The notes under the pieces: model-generated
What the model saw: only the letters and a program-made list of their open reading frames with translations
Told to the model about the DNA's origin: nothing
The model's database searches: none
Assembly (NCBI GenBank): GCA_020720765.1
Contig: DYOB01000003.1
Span: 3,170-67,169, forward strand
DNA from: Borreliella garinii
GTDB taxonomy: Bacteria > Spirochaetota > Spirochaetia > JABEVK01
DNA: 64,000 bases
Direction of reading: 5' to 3'
In this document: positions 19,687 to 29,984 of the stretch, piece after piece
Layout of the letters: each line of letters opens with the position of its first letter
How positions within the stretch are numbered: position 1 is the first letter of the stretch
Translations under genes and position numbers: made by a program

Positions 19687-22600
19687 ACGTATGCCTCCCA
19701 AGGTCTCCAAACGAGTTGCGGGGGTAGATAATCCACTCTCCAGTCACCCGGGGATCGTTAGCGCCCGAATTTGGTCCAGAGACCAATGAGGTTCGGACAA
19801 AGGTCGCGTCTTTATAAAAATCAGCGCCGCCTTGTGCAGTACCACCACCTCCGAACTGGTCGATTTTAGTAACGCCCTTGTAAAGATAAATGATGTCGTT
19901 CCCGTTCATTTCAAAAAAATTGCTTGTGGAGGATGTCGCAGCACCCAGGACCGCTGGTTCGGCGCTGTTGTCGGCAATAGCAAAAACTTGTCCCGGTAGT
20001 AAATCCATTGTCGGCAAGGCGAGGGTTCGATCGGTGATGTTGTCCCAATTCTTGTCTATTTGGAGGCTATAACCTCCTAAAGCAATCGGTGCATTGGTGA
20101 AGTTGGCTACTTCTACGGCCTTATTATCGCCCGACCCTTCTACAATTTCAGAAATGAACAATTCTGTTGCCAAGACAGACGATGTCGTTACCGTACTGCG
20201 GTTAAATTTTAAAACCGGCCCAAAATCGTAAGGAGCTCCTTCCGGCACCAGATAAAAATCATAATTCCCGCCTGCTAGCAAATAGGGGGCGGAAAGGGTC
20301 AAATCTATGCCGGAGTAGTACACACCCCCGCCGCTAAGAAAACTACCACCGCTATTCCGACGTCCTTCGCGGATTTCATAGGCGCTGGGAGACTGGGTAC
20401 CGGCTGGAACTACCGCATAAAACAATCTCGCCGGGTTGGTCATTTTTACCGTAGCACTAATTCTAAAAACCTTACCCTGGACATTAGGAAAGGTTGGTTT
20501 AAAACTTGCTATTATACCCGTAATGGGAGTCTGGGAAAAATTGAACCGTGCAATCAACGGTTCGTGGTCGGTTGCAGCCTGGCCTGAGGCAAATTTGGTA
20601 ACGCTTTGAACAATGTCAAATTCCGGGTTAAATTTAAGCAACTCGGGTGTCACCAGGTAATTATCCAAAACCTGGGCGTTGCCGTTGTAAACATAGCTGA
20701 ACCGCCGGTTTTCGGGCAAGGTCCAAACCAGGTTCGTCATGCCCGCTTTTTCCACTTCTTTCAGCGGAGCGCTCCACTGAAAATCGTTAAAGTCTCCCAA
20801 AGCAATGATTTTCGCCTTCGGGTCTTTGTTCAGAAAATTCCGCACCCAATCCGCCACCAATTGCGCCTGGGGCATGCGCCGCTCTTCGGAATAAAGGATG
20901 GGCGGTTGGATATTTCCTTGCAGGGGTGCGTCGCCGCCTTTGGCGGTCCAGTGGTTCGCCAACACGATCACGCGCTGGCCCTGAAAAAGAAACTCCCCGG
21001 CAAGAGTGCGCCTGGTGCTGGACCAAATATCGTTTTCTCCGGGAGCGATCCTTCCTGGGCTGTGCGAAAGAACCCACTCGCCGTTTTGATACACCGGTTC
21101 TACCGGTCGGGACCTAACGACATCCTGGACAAAATTCGGATCGAGAACAGGGTCGGGCGCCCGGTCGACAAAACTGACACGCTTGGTGTTAAACATAAAG
21201 CCCACCCGGATATTCCCTCCAGGCTCGCCGCCTTCTGTATTGTAAATGGGGCTGATTTGCCGCCATTCATAATCGTACCTTTGCAAATCAGATGCGTAGA
21301 AGTCGATTGCAGCTTCCAACTCGTTGAGGGTGACATCGGCACTCACGGTTCCATCGTCCAAGTTTCCCGAACTGTCTTGAATTTCAACCAAGCCAATAAT
21401 GTCCGGGAACAATAAATTGTCACCGACAATTTTTGCTAACCCACTCATTTTTCCAGGGTCTCCATTGGGCGCTGCCACCGGTGCTAGATTTTCTACGTTA
21501 AAGCCCGCAACCGTTAAACCGCCGGTTGTTGGCGCAAGAGAACCCACTCTTGGAACAATTGTTTCTAAATAAGCCGGTAACGCTTGGGTCGGATATATTT
21601 TATATTGCCGGTAGCTATAATCCACAATACCGACAATATCCCCTTGAAATAAAGCACCACGCGGCAAAGCTTGGGCAAATCCCAGATTATTTCCAAAAAA
21701 AATGATTTCCGGGTTGTAGGTATCGGGTCTAAGAAGTACCCCGCCATCTTGGCTTCTATGCTTAATATGCCGGCCATGATCCACGACCACGCTTGTAGAG
21801 GCGAATTCGTCGGTGTGGCCAACGGTTAATGGTTTGTAAACTTGCACCCGCATGTGTTCCAAGCTTTCCATAAAATCGAGCATATCGCGTTCAGGAACAA
21901 GGATATCCTGCTCCGTGTCGGCCTGCATCGACTGGTTGGGCGGCATCCGTCCGGTAGGACCTATAAGGATGGGCGGAGGGAGTGTAAACGTTGTTCCAAG
22001 TCTCACGATGTTCGTTGCTGATACTGCCGCTTGGGTTCGTGTCATATTCTCTACGTAATCGCTTCCTGATGGGTAGTTCAGTTTGCTTTCCTCTATATAG
22101 ACCTTTTTAATAACGATAAAATCACCCGCAGCAAACAAAATACCAGTAACCGGCGAAGGGTCGTATTGTGTGGTATTGAGGTAAAAACCTTCGCTCGTAA
22201 TTTCGTCGTTGTCTGGCCACGGGTTTTGAATGTAAAGCTCCTGGACCGTTGGACTTGATGCTGAAGGATCTGCAATAAACTGCCTGCGGGCTGTTATGAT
22301 TCCGGGAATCCATTCCACCTCTTGCCCTTGGAACGGAGAGAAATGGGTTTTGCCCTGTATTTCATTGATGTAGGAAAAATCACCGGTAAAACCGGCATCC
22401 ACCGTATTATTAGCATATTGCCTGAAATTGAGATCGGCTATAACACCAGTTACGGTTCTTTTATTTTCACCCCAAACCGGAACATAAAAATAGCCATCCA
22501 CCTTGATTTCAAAGCGGTATTCCCCTGCTGCCATATTCGAAAAACTAAAAGCTCCGGCACCACCTGTTACGGCGGTCTGGTTGGTGGGTCCAAAAGCTCT

Positions 22601-22756
22601 TACCTGGACACCCGCCGCCGCGCCAGTAATGGTTCCGGAGACAGAAAAAGAACCGACAGGCGCATCTCCGCCCAAATCTGGCTGGTAAGGAGCCGAACAG
22701 GTGGCCAAAAGAAACAAAGAGAAAACCCCCGCGAATGTGTAAGCACGCTTTTGCAT
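19676..22756 (-). CDS. Extracellular endonuclease lipoprotein, ExeM/NucH-like (CarbopepD_reg-like + EEP + lamin-tail domain), paralog of the downstream gene
   Basis: Lipobox LLATCS. CarbopepD_reg-like GTITGAAAGVQVRAFG...AGEYRFEIKVDGY. EEP motifs AGFNVENL ... ATDHEPLIARFNF. C-terminal LTD-like ELFISEIVEGSGDNKAVEVANFTNAPIALGGYSLQI. Confidence 0.65.
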   Translation of the reverse strand: MQKRAYTFAGVFSLFLLATCSAPYQPDLGGDAPVGSFSVSGTITGAAAGVQVRAFGPTNQTAVTGGAGAFSFSNMAAGEYRFEIKVDGYFYVPVWGENKRTVTGVIADLNFRQYANNTVDAGFTGDFSYINEIQGKTHFSPFQGQEVEWIPGIITARRQFIADPSASSPTVQELYIQNPWPDNDEITSEGFYLNTTQYDPSPVTGILFAAGDFIVIKKVYIEESKLNYPSGSDYVENMTRTQAAVSATNIVRLGTTFTLPPPILIGPTGRMPPNQSMQADTEQDILVPERDMLDFMESLEHMRVQVYKPLTVGHTDEFASTSVVVDHGRHIKHRSQDGGVLLRPDTYNPEIIFFGNNLGFAQALPRGALFQGDIVGIVDYSYRQYKIYPTQALPAYLETIVPRVGSLAPTTGGLTVAGFNVENLAPVAAPNGDPGKMSGLAKIVGDNLLFPDIIGLVEIQDSSGNLDDGTVSADVTLNELEAAIDFYASDLQRYDYEWRQISPIYNTEGGEPGGNIRVGFMFNTKRVSFVDRAPDPVLDPNFVQDVVRSRPVEPVYQNGEWVLSHSPGRIAPGENDIWSSTRRTLAGEFLFQGQRVIVLANHWTAKGGDAPLQGNIQPPILYSEERRMPQAQLVADWVRNFLNKDPKAKIIALGDFNDFQWSAPLKEVEKAGMTNLVWTLPENRRFSYVYNGNAQVLDNYLVTPELLKFNPEFDIVQSVTKFASGQAATDHEPLIARFNFSQTPITGIIASFKPTFPNVQGKVFRISATVKMTNPARLFYAVVPAGTQSPSAYEIREGRRNSGGSFLSGGGVYYSGIDLTLSAPYLLAGGNYDFYLVPEGAPYDFGPVLKFNRSTVTTSSVLATELFISEIVEGSGDNKAVEVANFTNAPIALGGYSLQIDKNWDNITDRTLALPTMDLLPGQVFAIADNSAEPAVLGAATSSTSNFFEMNGNDIIYLYKGVTKIDQFGGGGTAQGGADFYKDATFVRTSLVSGPNSGANDPRVTGEWIIYPRNSFGDLGRHTYDP

Positions 22757-22801
22757 TCTTTCATTGTTGCACTGCTTGGTTAGAGTTTGTTTAGGTTTGG
22801 G

Positions 22802-23512
22802 TTAAGTTTTCCATAAAACAGGATCTTTATCTAATTCTTCGAGAAACCATCGGGTAAATTCCTCTAATGGAGTGTTTATAAGTTTAGCTTTTTCCAAACG
22901 TGGTCCGATTCCCTCCCAATAGTCGAACGCCACCCTACGGCTCGAAATCCTTCCTTCAGCTTGGAAACGGAAAAAATAATTCCACCCATGCCAAAAGTCA
23001 GCGCGGCACCCGCTCCAGGTTCTGGCCTGGGGTGTTGTTGAAAAGCTCATCAAGCCCATTTCATGAAAATCCAGAAAGCGCCTGCCAAATTCCACATCGT
23101 ATTGGGAACCAAAAAAAATAAGTGCTTGATAAAGTCTTCCGTTACGGCTTTGAAGCGGAGTCGCCGAACGTACGTTAAAGTCATAAAGGGAAAACCGGTA
23201 GTATAAATCGAATGCAAAGTATAAATCGGCCCTTACCCCGAAGCCGCCAGGCCAACCAGCCTCTTTTAAAATAGAGGCGACCTCTTTTACCGGGTCTGGC
23301 TGTTTAACCTGGTCTCGTCGCTCAAGAGCTAGAATTACCGTCCTGTAGTCTTCTTGAACTTTGAGAAAAGCCTCGTTGGTCCCACCTTGGTCGGGGTGGG
23401 TTTCCAAACAAGCCTTCCGGTAGGCCCGGCTGAGGTCTTCCCAACTCTTCCTGCCGGCTAAAAGGAAAATTTCATCATATCTCTTGTTGCTTTCCACTTT
23501 ACCTGTTAGCAT
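22802..23512 (-). CDS. J-domain protein with uncharacterised C-terminal domain
   Basis: The N-terminal region contains the HPD tripeptide in J-domain context (AYRKACLETHPDQGGTNEAFLKVQEDY). The C-terminal ~150 aa have no recognisable motif. Confidence 0.45.
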   Translation of the reverse strand: MLTGKVESNKRYDEIFLLAGRKSWEDLSRAYRKACLETHPDQGGTNEAFLKVQEDYRTVILALERRDQVKQPDPVKEVASILKEAGWPGGFGVRADLYFAFDLYYRFSLYDFNVRSATPLQSRNGRLYQALIFFGSQYDVEFGRRFLDFHEMGLMSFSTTPQARTWSGCRADFWHGWNYFFRFQAEGRISSRRVAFDYWEGIGPRLEKAKLINTPLEEFTRWFLEELDKDPVLWKT

Positions 23513-23537
23513 AACCTATGTAATATGATTTGGCTAT

Positions 23538-25355
23538 TTATAGCCTTCTTACCGCTCCAACATCGGCGCTTTCCACATGGGCTGCATAAATCTGAAGAGC
23601 TAAAGAAATTTTTCTCTCTCTTTTTTTCGGTGTAAATGCGTCTTTTCCCCGCGCTTCTTCTTCCTTGCGCCTCATTAGGAGTTCCTCGTCGGATACTTGA
23701 AGCTGGATTTTGCGTTGAGGGATATCGATAACCAAACGGTCGCCGTCACGTGCGAGGGCAATGGCTCCTCCAGCGGCTGCTTCAGGGGATACGTGACCGA
23801 TGCTGAGTCCTGATGTGCCTCCGGAGAATCTCCCGTCTGTTAAAAGCGCACAGGCTTTTCCCAGTTTTTTTGCCTTTAAATAGCTTGTCGGGTAGAGCAT
23901 TTCCTGCATACCCGGACCGCCTTTGGGTCCCTCATAGCGGATTAAAACAATATCGCCTGCAGAAATTTTATCGTTAAGAATCGCATCCACCGAATCATCC
24001 TGGCTTTCGAAGACCCTAACGGTGCCTTCGAAATGAAAGAGTTCTGAATCCACACCCGCTGTTTTTATGATACAACCGCGTTCTGCGATATTTCCGAAAA
24101 GCACCCCCAAGCCGCCGTCCGGGTAGTACGCGTGCGGAACATTGCGGATACAGCCTTTTTCCCTATCCAGGTCGAACTCGGCCGTTCTCTTTTCCTGCGA
24201 TCCCGCAAGGATGGAAAAAACACCTCCAGGAAGCGCAGAGTAAAGCTTCTTTGCTTTTTCCGAACCCGATTCCAGGCTGTATTCTTGGATAGCCTCTGCC
24301 AGGGTTTTCCCGTCTGCACGGTTTACAGTACCGTCTAGAAGACCGGCGTTCATCAGCTGTTCAAGAATCCCAAGCACTCCGCCCGCCCGGTGGACATCCT
24401 CGATATGGTAATGCGAATTAGGGGCTACCTTACAGACACAGGGGACCTTACGGCTGATACGGTCGATGTCCTTCATTGTAAAGTCTACGCCCGCTTCCTG
24501 CGCGGTGGCTAAAATATGGAGTACCGTATTAGTACTTCCGCCCATAGCGACATCAAGGCTCATAGCGTTTTCAAAAGCGGCCTTGGTTGCGATGTTTCTC
24601 GGCAAAACTTTACTGTTCTCCTGGAAATAGTACTCTTCAGCCATTTCCACGATGCGTCTCGCCGCCTGATCCAGCAAATTCAAACGGTCTTGGTGGGTGG
24701 CGAGAATCGTACCATTCCCAGGGAGCGCCAACCCGAGGGCTTCATTGAGACAGTTCATGCTGTTTGCAGTGAACATCCCGGAGCAGGACCCGCAGGTGGG
24801 ACAAGCTGCTGCTTCAACCGCGTCAAGCTCGGCATCGCTCACGCCCTCATCTGCGCCCATAACCATGGCGTCGATCAGGTCGAGTTTTTTCCCATCAAGT
24901 TTGCCGGCTTCCATGGGACCGCCGCTGATAAAAATCGTGGGAATATTTAGCCTCATTGCAGCAAGAAGCATGCCCGGTGTAATTTTGTCGCAGTTAGAAA
25001 TGCAAAGAAGCGCGTCGGCGCGGTGCGCATTGACCATGTACTCCACAGAATCCGCTATCAGATCCCGGCTAGGCAAACTATAAAGCATACCATCGTGTCC
25101 CATGGCGATACCATCATCGACTGCTATGGTGTTAAACTCTGCAGCAAAACAGCCCATTGATTCGATGATTTTTTTTGCTCTTTGGCCAAACTCTTTTAAA
25201 TGGACGTGCCCGGGGACAAATTGGGTAAAACTATTCGCAATAGCAATAATCGGCTTGCTCATCTGTTCTTTTTTCATGCCGTTGGCACGCCAAAGAGCCC
25301 GGGCGCCCGCCATGGTGCGTCCCGTCAGACTGAGCGTGCTTCTCATTGTGTTCAT
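23538..25355 (-). CDS. ilvD: Dihydroxy-acid dehydratase
   Basis: 605 aa. Near-identical conserved blocks to E. coli IlvD ([30 protein letters not shown]). Confidence 0.9.
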   Translation of the reverse strand: MNTMRSTLSLTGRTMAGARALWRANGMKKEQMSKPIIAIANSFTQFVPGHVHLKEFGQRAKKIIESMGCFAAEFNTIAVDDGIAMGHDGMLYSLPSRDLIADSVEYMVNAHRADALLCISNCDKITPGMLLAAMRLNIPTIFISGGPMEAGKLDGKKLDLIDAMVMGADEGVSDAELDAVEAAACPTCGSCSGMFTANSMNCLNEALGLALPGNGTILATHQDRLNLLDQAARRIVEMAEEYYFQENSKVLPRNIATKAAFENAMSLDVAMGGSTNTVLHILATAQEAGVDFTMKDIDRISRKVPCVCKVAPNSHYHIEDVHRAGGVLGILEQLMNAGLLDGTVNRADGKTLAEAIQEYSLESGSEKAKKLYSALPGGVFSILAGSQEKRTAEFDLDREKGCIRNVPHAYYPDGGLGVLFGNIAERGCIIKTAGVDSELFHFEGTVRVFESQDDSVDAILNDKISAGDIVLIRYEGPKGGPGMQEMLYPTSYLKAKKLGKACALLTDGRFSGGTSGLSIGHVSPEAAAGGAIALARDGDRLVIDIPQRKIQLQVSDEELLMRRKEEEARGKDAFTPKKRERKISLALQIYAAHVESADVGAVRRL

Positions 25356-26041
25356 CTGTTTTCTCCCTCACCGGTATAAAAGACCCGGATCTGTTTCATC
25401 AACCCTTCGCCTTCACTTTCCGTGTGGATACCCCCAAAATCACTCAAAGCCGTGTGGATCAATCTTCTTTCAAACGGATTCATGGGCTCAAGAAGCTGGC
25501 TCCTGCGGGTTTTTCTCACGATCTGGGCGGTTTTTAGCGCCATCCTTACGAGTGTATCTTCGCGACGGCTTCTATAGTTTTCACTATCTAGTACAATTTT
25601 TAAACTGTTTCCTTCTCCGATCTTCTTGCTGGCGAAAACATTGGCCAAAATTTGGAAGGCGTCGATATTTTTGCCCTTTTTTCCGATAAGAAGGTTCGTA
25701 TCATCGCTGTCAATGTTCAAAACTATTTTTCCAGGTTCGTGGCCTATCAAGCTTATTTGAGCTTCCAGTCCGGTATATTCCATCAAGGTGCATAAAAAAT
25801 CCATGACTTCTTTTTCGAGCTTGGGGTCCAGGCCGTATGGGTTACCATGAAATTCTTTTCTTTCCTCGTGCTCGGGTTCTTCATCGATCTGAATTCGAAT
25901 CTTCACAGGTCCTTTTCGGAAGAATCCCGTTCTTTCCTGCCCTATTATTTCAACGTCGAGTTCGTCTTTACTTAGTCCCAGTTCATCAATCGCTTTTTGG
26001 ATGGCCTCCTGTTCGGTGGCTCCTTCAAATTCGCGTATCAT
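25352..26041 (-). CDS. jag: Jag/KhpB RNA-binding protein (Jag_N, KH, R3H domains)
   Basis: 229 aa; N-terminus [22 protein letters not shown]. Sits downstream of yidC, the canonical position. Confidence 0.8.
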   Translation of the reverse strand: MIREFEGATEQEAIQKAIDELGLSKDELDVEIIGQERTGFFRKGPVKIRIQIDEEPEHEERKEFHGNPYGLDPKLEKEVMDFLCTLMEYTGLEAQISLIGHEPGKIVLNIDSDDTNLLIGKKGKNIDAFQILANVFASKKIGEGNSLKIVLDSENYRSRREDTLVRMALKTAQIVRKTRRSQLLEPMNPFERRLIHTALSDFGGIHTESEGEGLMKQIRVFYTGEGENR

Positions 26042-26056
26042 AACTACCTCCTTGAC

Positions 26057-27745
26057 CTACTTGGCCGGTTTCTTTTTGAGATGCGTGTTGATGTAGTACT
26101 GCTGTACCGCGCTCAAAATATTTGTAACAGTCCAGTACAGAATTAATCCCGAGGGAAATTCATAGAGCCAGAAGAAAAAGAGAATCGGTAAACCGAGTGT
26201 GAAGATCTTTGCCTGAATCCCGCTCGTCGCCGGTGTGGGTGTAAATTTGGACATTAAAAGCTGAGAACCGAGCATAATAATGGGAAGGAGCCTGAAAGCG
26301 CTCCAGTTCAGAATGGGGAGACGGAACCCGTTGAAGGAAAACAGGGTATCGGGCAGAGAGAGGTCATTGATCCAACCAGGGATAAACATAGCTCCCCGTA
26401 ATTCAAAATGCGAACTTAAAAGCCCGTAGAAAGCGAAAAATAAAGGTAGTTGCAACAACATGGGCAAACAACCGCCCAAGGGGTTGATTTTCTCTTTTTG
26501 GTACAATAGAGCCATCGCCTCGTTGAGTTTTCCGGGGTCGTTTTTATATTTGGCCTGCAAATCCTTTATTTTCGGTTGAAGCGTTTGCATAGCAGCAGTG
26601 GATCTTTGTCCTGAAATTGTGAGCGGTGTCATTACGAGGCGTAAAAGAATGGTAAGAATGATAATTCCCACCCCGTAATTCGGTATCAACATGTAAAAAA
26701 GGTTTAATCCGGCTTTCATTATGTCTTCAAGCCACCCAAGAAACATATTTCTATCGATGATTCTATCTAAGTGAATCTGGTCGTAACGTCCGAGTTCTTT
26801 GTACTGTTTGGGTCCAAGATAAACTTTTATGACGCTTGAAGATGTCACCGTCACTGGTCGTCCCGATGTAAATATTATCTTTGAAACATTCTTTACCGTT
26901 TCGCTTTGTTTGTTTGACCAAGAAGTTTCAAGTCCGGGGGTATTGGGGATAGCAAGTAAGGCAAAATACTTCCCGGCTATACCAGCCCAAATTAACGGTT
27001 GGGTCCGCGATTTGAGTTCATTACTAAGGGTTATTTCTTCCATATTGTCGTTGGCAAACGACCAGTACTTACGAAACTCTTTCTGTCCGTCCAAAGTCAC
27101 GAATTTTGGCCCGAGCTGGGGTCCGATTTCTACACTCCAGCCCTTTTCATTTCCAGGCAGAACGGGAACGATATTGTTTTTTCCCTGTAAAAGAATTTCA
27201 AGTTGAACCATGTATTCATCCGGCAGAAGTGTAAAACGTTTGGTTAGTGTAAAAGGGTTTCCTGCAAGGTCTGTAAAATCACGGTAGAATTCGACGGTTT
27301 TCTCATCGGGCTGGCGTATTTCAAAAGTTGCACGGACTGCGGTAGCCTCCGGGCCTCCCCATGTCATCTCAAAAGATCCTGCTCCGCCGAAATCCCTATT
27401 GACCATCTCGAGTGGTGCCTCTCCGTCGCTATGACTTAATAGGGTGAAAGCTTCCATTAGGCCGTCTTTATTAGTAAAGGAGGCTTCTGCTTTTTCGTTT
27501 CGCAAGACAACGCTTCTAACACCGGGGTCTTCGCCGATGACACCCATAACGGTGCCAGCTAAAGGTTGGGCGGTAATAACAGCAGGATCTGTCTGACTTG
27601 GGGTTGTCGGGGTTTGCTGCAGTTCAGTTGTGGTTGTTGTTACCGTTTCCCTCGCCTTGGCAGGAAAAAGCACGCCGTTTAGTGTTGAAAACCCCAAAAC
27701 TACAGCAACAGAAAGAACGATAGCCAACAGTGTGCGTTTATCCAT
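26057..27745 (-). CDS. yidC: Membrane protein insertase
   Basis: 562 aa. Large periplasmic domain plus the C-terminal 5-TM 60 kDa-IMP region; follows yidD and rnpA. Confidence 0.9.
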   Translation of the reverse strand: MDKRTLLAIVLSVAVVLGFSTLNGVLFPAKARETVTTTTTELQQTPTTPSQTDPAVITAQPLAGTVMGVIGEDPGVRSVVLRNEKAEASFTNKDGLMEAFTLLSHSDGEAPLEMVNRDFGGAGSFEMTWGGPEATAVRATFEIRQPDEKTVEFYRDFTDLAGNPFTLTKRFTLLPDEYMVQLEILLQGKNNIVPVLPGNEKGWSVEIGPQLGPKFVTLDGQKEFRKYWSFANDNMEEITLSNELKSRTQPLIWAGIAGKYFALLAIPNTPGLETSWSNKQSETVKNVSKIIFTSGRPVTVTSSSVIKVYLGPKQYKELGRYDQIHLDRIIDRNMFLGWLEDIMKAGLNLFYMLIPNYGVGIIILTILLRLVMTPLTISGQRSTAAMQTLQPKIKDLQAKYKNDPGKLNEAMALLYQKEKINPLGGCLPMLLQLPLFFAFYGLLSSHFELRGAMFIPGWINDLSLPDTLFSFNGFRLPILNWSAFRLLPIIMLGSQLLMSKFTPTPATSGIQAKIFTLGLPILFFFWLYEFPSGLILYWTVTNILSAVQQYYINTHLKKKPAK

Positions 27746-27747
27746 AA

Positions 27748-27963
27748 TTACTCCTTAGGTACCGGATCCCAACCCCCGGGGTGTCCGGGATGACAACGTA
27801 AAATTCTTTTAGCGGCTAAAAAACCGCCGTGGGCAGCTCCAAAACTTGAAATGGCATCCTGTGCATAAACGGAACAGGTCGGTCTGTACCGACAACTCGA
27901 AGGAAATGCAGGAGATATCCATTTTTTATAAAAGCGAATAACGCTTATAAGAATTCTTTTCAT
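27748..27963 (-). CDS. yidD: Membrane protein insertion efficiency factor
   Basis: 71 aa with the conserved cysteine pattern [14 protein letters not shown]. Confidence 0.85.
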   Translation of the reverse strand: MKRILISVIRFYKKWISPAFPSSCRYRPTCSVYAQDAISSFGAAHGGFLAAKRILRCHPGHPGGWDPVPKE

Positions 27964-28302
27964 TTAACTATTAAAGACAGTAGCGCGTTGCACCAGATCT
28001 AAAACCTGATTTTTTCTCTGGTTAAAAGTAAAAACTCCCGGGTATACAAGAAATAAAAAGTCGCCGGTTTCCGTTGTCTCAGCTTTCCAGTTCCTAAAGA
28101 TCTCTTTCACCTGTCTTTTTACCTTGTTCCTCAAAACCGCTTTACCATATTTTCGGGCTAAAGTGATTCCTACTCGAATCACGTCATTTTTCAAAAAAAA
28201 GAGCTTCATCCCCTGCGTCTGTAAGCGCAGAGGTGAAGCAAATAGCCTTAAAAACTGCTCTTTTTTCCGAACTCGATCTTCCTTAGTAAGGTTTCTTCTC
28301 AT
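27964..28302 (-). CDS. rnpA: Ribonuclease P protein component
   Basis: 112 aa basic protein with the RNase P RNR-like motif region [11 protein letters not shown]. Its start overlaps the end of rpmH. Confidence 0.85.
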   Translation of the reverse strand: MRRNLTKEDRVRKKEQFLRLFASPLRLQTQGMKLFFLKNDVIRVGITLARKYGKAVLRNKVKRQVKEIFRNWKAETTETGDFLFLVYPGVFTFNQRKNQVLDLVQRATVFNS

Positions 28303-28438
28303 CGGATGCTGTCAATTTTTTTCGGCCTTTTTGTCGGCGTCGGGCCAAAACAAGCCTTCCGCCAACGGTTGCCATCCGGGCTCGAAATCCGAATTTTCGG
28401 TTTCGTTTTACTCGGCTTGGCTGGTAGGTTCTTTTCAC
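28283..28438 (-). CDS. rpmH: 50S ribosomal protein L34 (hand-translated; not in the supplied ORF track because it is under 60 aa)
   Basis: GTG start preceded by AGGAGG. Translation [51 protein letters not shown] matches the L34 consensus [26 protein letters not shown]. Confidence 0.8.
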   Translation of the reverse strand: MKRTYQPSRVKRNRKFGFRARMATVGGRLVLARRRQKGRKKLTASDEKKPY

Positions 28439-28497
28439 GCCCCGCCTCCTTAGATTTTGCTACAGTAGCGGGATAGTACTTGTTTTCATGTCCAGTG

Positions 28498-28920
28498 TCA
28501 ATCCTGATTCAACAAACTTTTTAACTTGTCTAAACTCTCTTTGAGATCCTGTGAGGGTTTAAAACTAACGGCCTCTTTTTCGGCTTCAGGAAGCCTTGGT
28601 TCCTGCGGGGGTTTTTGCAAATCCGCGACAAGTCTCAACCTTATTCCCTTAATCTGTAGTTGGGGGGATTCCCTTTGTATCCTTTCCAAAATCCCGTCTT
28701 TTTGCATAAGAAATTGATTCATCCAAGCAGGATGATCGACGTCCACTAGGAGATTTCCACCCTGTATTTCCCTTGCCCGTGTATGATAACTTAAATTTTC
28801 TCCGACAAACTGGGGCCAGCCTTTGAGTAACGGCACCCAACCTTCAAATGCGGCTTTTTTTCCGGGAAACAGCTGATCTAAAAACGCCCCTAACCGTTTG
28901 GGTTCGTCCGTCTGTCCCAT
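28498..28920 (-). CDS. DUF721 (DciA-like) protein
   Basis: 140 aa encoded immediately after recF in the dnaA–dnaN–recF cluster, the conserved position of DUF721/DciA. The annotated start overlaps the recF 3' end, so the true start may be internal. Confidence 0.55.
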   Translation of the reverse strand: MGQTDEPKRLGAFLDQLFPGKKAAFEGWVPLLKGWPQFVGENLSYHTRAREIQGGNLLVDVDHPAWMNQFLMQKDGILERIQRESPQLQIKGIRLRLVADLQKPPQEPRLPEAEKEAVSFKPSQDLKESLDKLKSLLNQD

Positions 28921-29984
28921 TTTCCCTCCTGGATATCGTAAATTGTATAATCTTCCCGCGTAAATTGATATTCGTTCTGCCCGGGCAAAAAAGTGTAAAA
29001 GGCCTGTTCATAGTCCGGCAGGGCATCAGAAAACCGTGTACGCTTCTCCGTATCCAATTCCAAAAGAACATCGTCCAGGAGAAAAATCGATCTTCTTTTT
29101 TTGGCTTGTATCACCATTTCAGCCTGTACGGCTTTTAGACAGAGCGACGCCAACCTAATTTGTCCTGTCGATGCTGTTTCTTGAAAGGAATCTTCTCCCC
29201 AATCCAGATACCACCTGTCACGGTGAGGACCGTTTCTTGTATAACCCAGGTCTCTGTCTCTTTCACGGTTTTGTCGGTAACCTGTTAAAATAGCCTCCAG
29301 TTCAAGACTTTTAAAATCCGAGTGATACCGTAAAGCCACGCGTTTTTCTATCTGACTGACATAAAAAAAAACTTCTTCAAAACGCGGAGAAAAAATTTTT
29401 TGTACATCGGCACGTACTTTACAAAGTATTAAAGCCTCTTGGGCTAATTGAAATTCATAGACTTCGAGGAGTGCGTTTGATACACCCTGCCTTAGTGAAA
29501 AGTTTCTGTCTCGTAAAATTTTTTGGTACCTTCGCCAGGATTCTAAATAGTCTTCGTTCATCATAATCAGCGTTTGATCGAAAAAGCGACGTCTTTCTTC
29601 CGCGGGTCCGCTTACCAGTAAAAAATCTTCGTGGCTGAAAATTACCACCGGCTGCAAGGCAAGAAGCTGCCTGCGTTCTTTTATGGGATTTTCATCGATA
29701 AAAAAGCTTTTGTTTCCTTCTTGAAACTGAGTTTTTACCTTTATCGTTTGTGATGGCTCTTTGACTATCCCTCTGACACCCCACTCGTTATTTCCACTTT
29801 TAGCTAAGAGTAAATCTTTTCGTACCCTGAAACTGCTACCTATCAATAAAACATAAAGGGCTTCCAAGAGGTTTGTTTTACCTTGTCCGTTTTTGCCAAT
29901 AAAAAAAACCTGGCGCGACGAGGTATTGATTTCCCCGTCGTCCAGGTTTCTAAAATGATAAAACCCAGCCCAACCAAGCGACAT
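28890..29984 (-). CDS. recF: DNA replication and repair protein RecF
   Basis: 364 aa. Walker A GKNGQGKTNLLEAL and the SMC-like signature region. Confidence 0.9.
   Translation of the reverse strand: MSLGWAGFYHFRNLDDGEINTSSRQVFFIGKNGQGKTNLLEALYVLLIGSSFRVRKDLLLAKSGNNEWGVRGIVKEPSQTIKVKTQFQEGNKSFFIDENPIKERRQLLALQPVVIFSHEDFLLVSGPAEERRRFFDQTLIMMNEDYLESWRRYQKILRDRNFSLRQGVSNALLEVYEFQLAQEALILCKVRADVQKIFSPRFEEVFFYVSQIEKRVALRYHSDFKSLELEAILTGYRQNRERDRDLGYTRNGPHRDRWYLDWGEDSFQETASTGQIRLASLCLKAVQAEMVIQAKKRRSIFLLDDVLLELDTEKRTRFSDALPDYEQAFYTFLPGQNEYQFTREDYTIYDIQEGKWDRRTNPNG

Noticed and set aside
19676-19710. 35-nt overlap between the two nuclease ORFs
   Set aside because: The downstream nuclease more plausibly starts at the internal Met (MIHKWSVLAGFILVVGAC, lipoprotein signal) at 19686. 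That removes the overlap.
20606-21415. 269-aa plus-strand ORF (and others 20787..21342) inside the 1026-aa nuclease gene
   Set aside because: Antisense shadow ORF within a CDS supported by a lipoprotein signal and EEP/LTD motifs. Arg/Pro-rich translation typical of antisense GC-rich frames.
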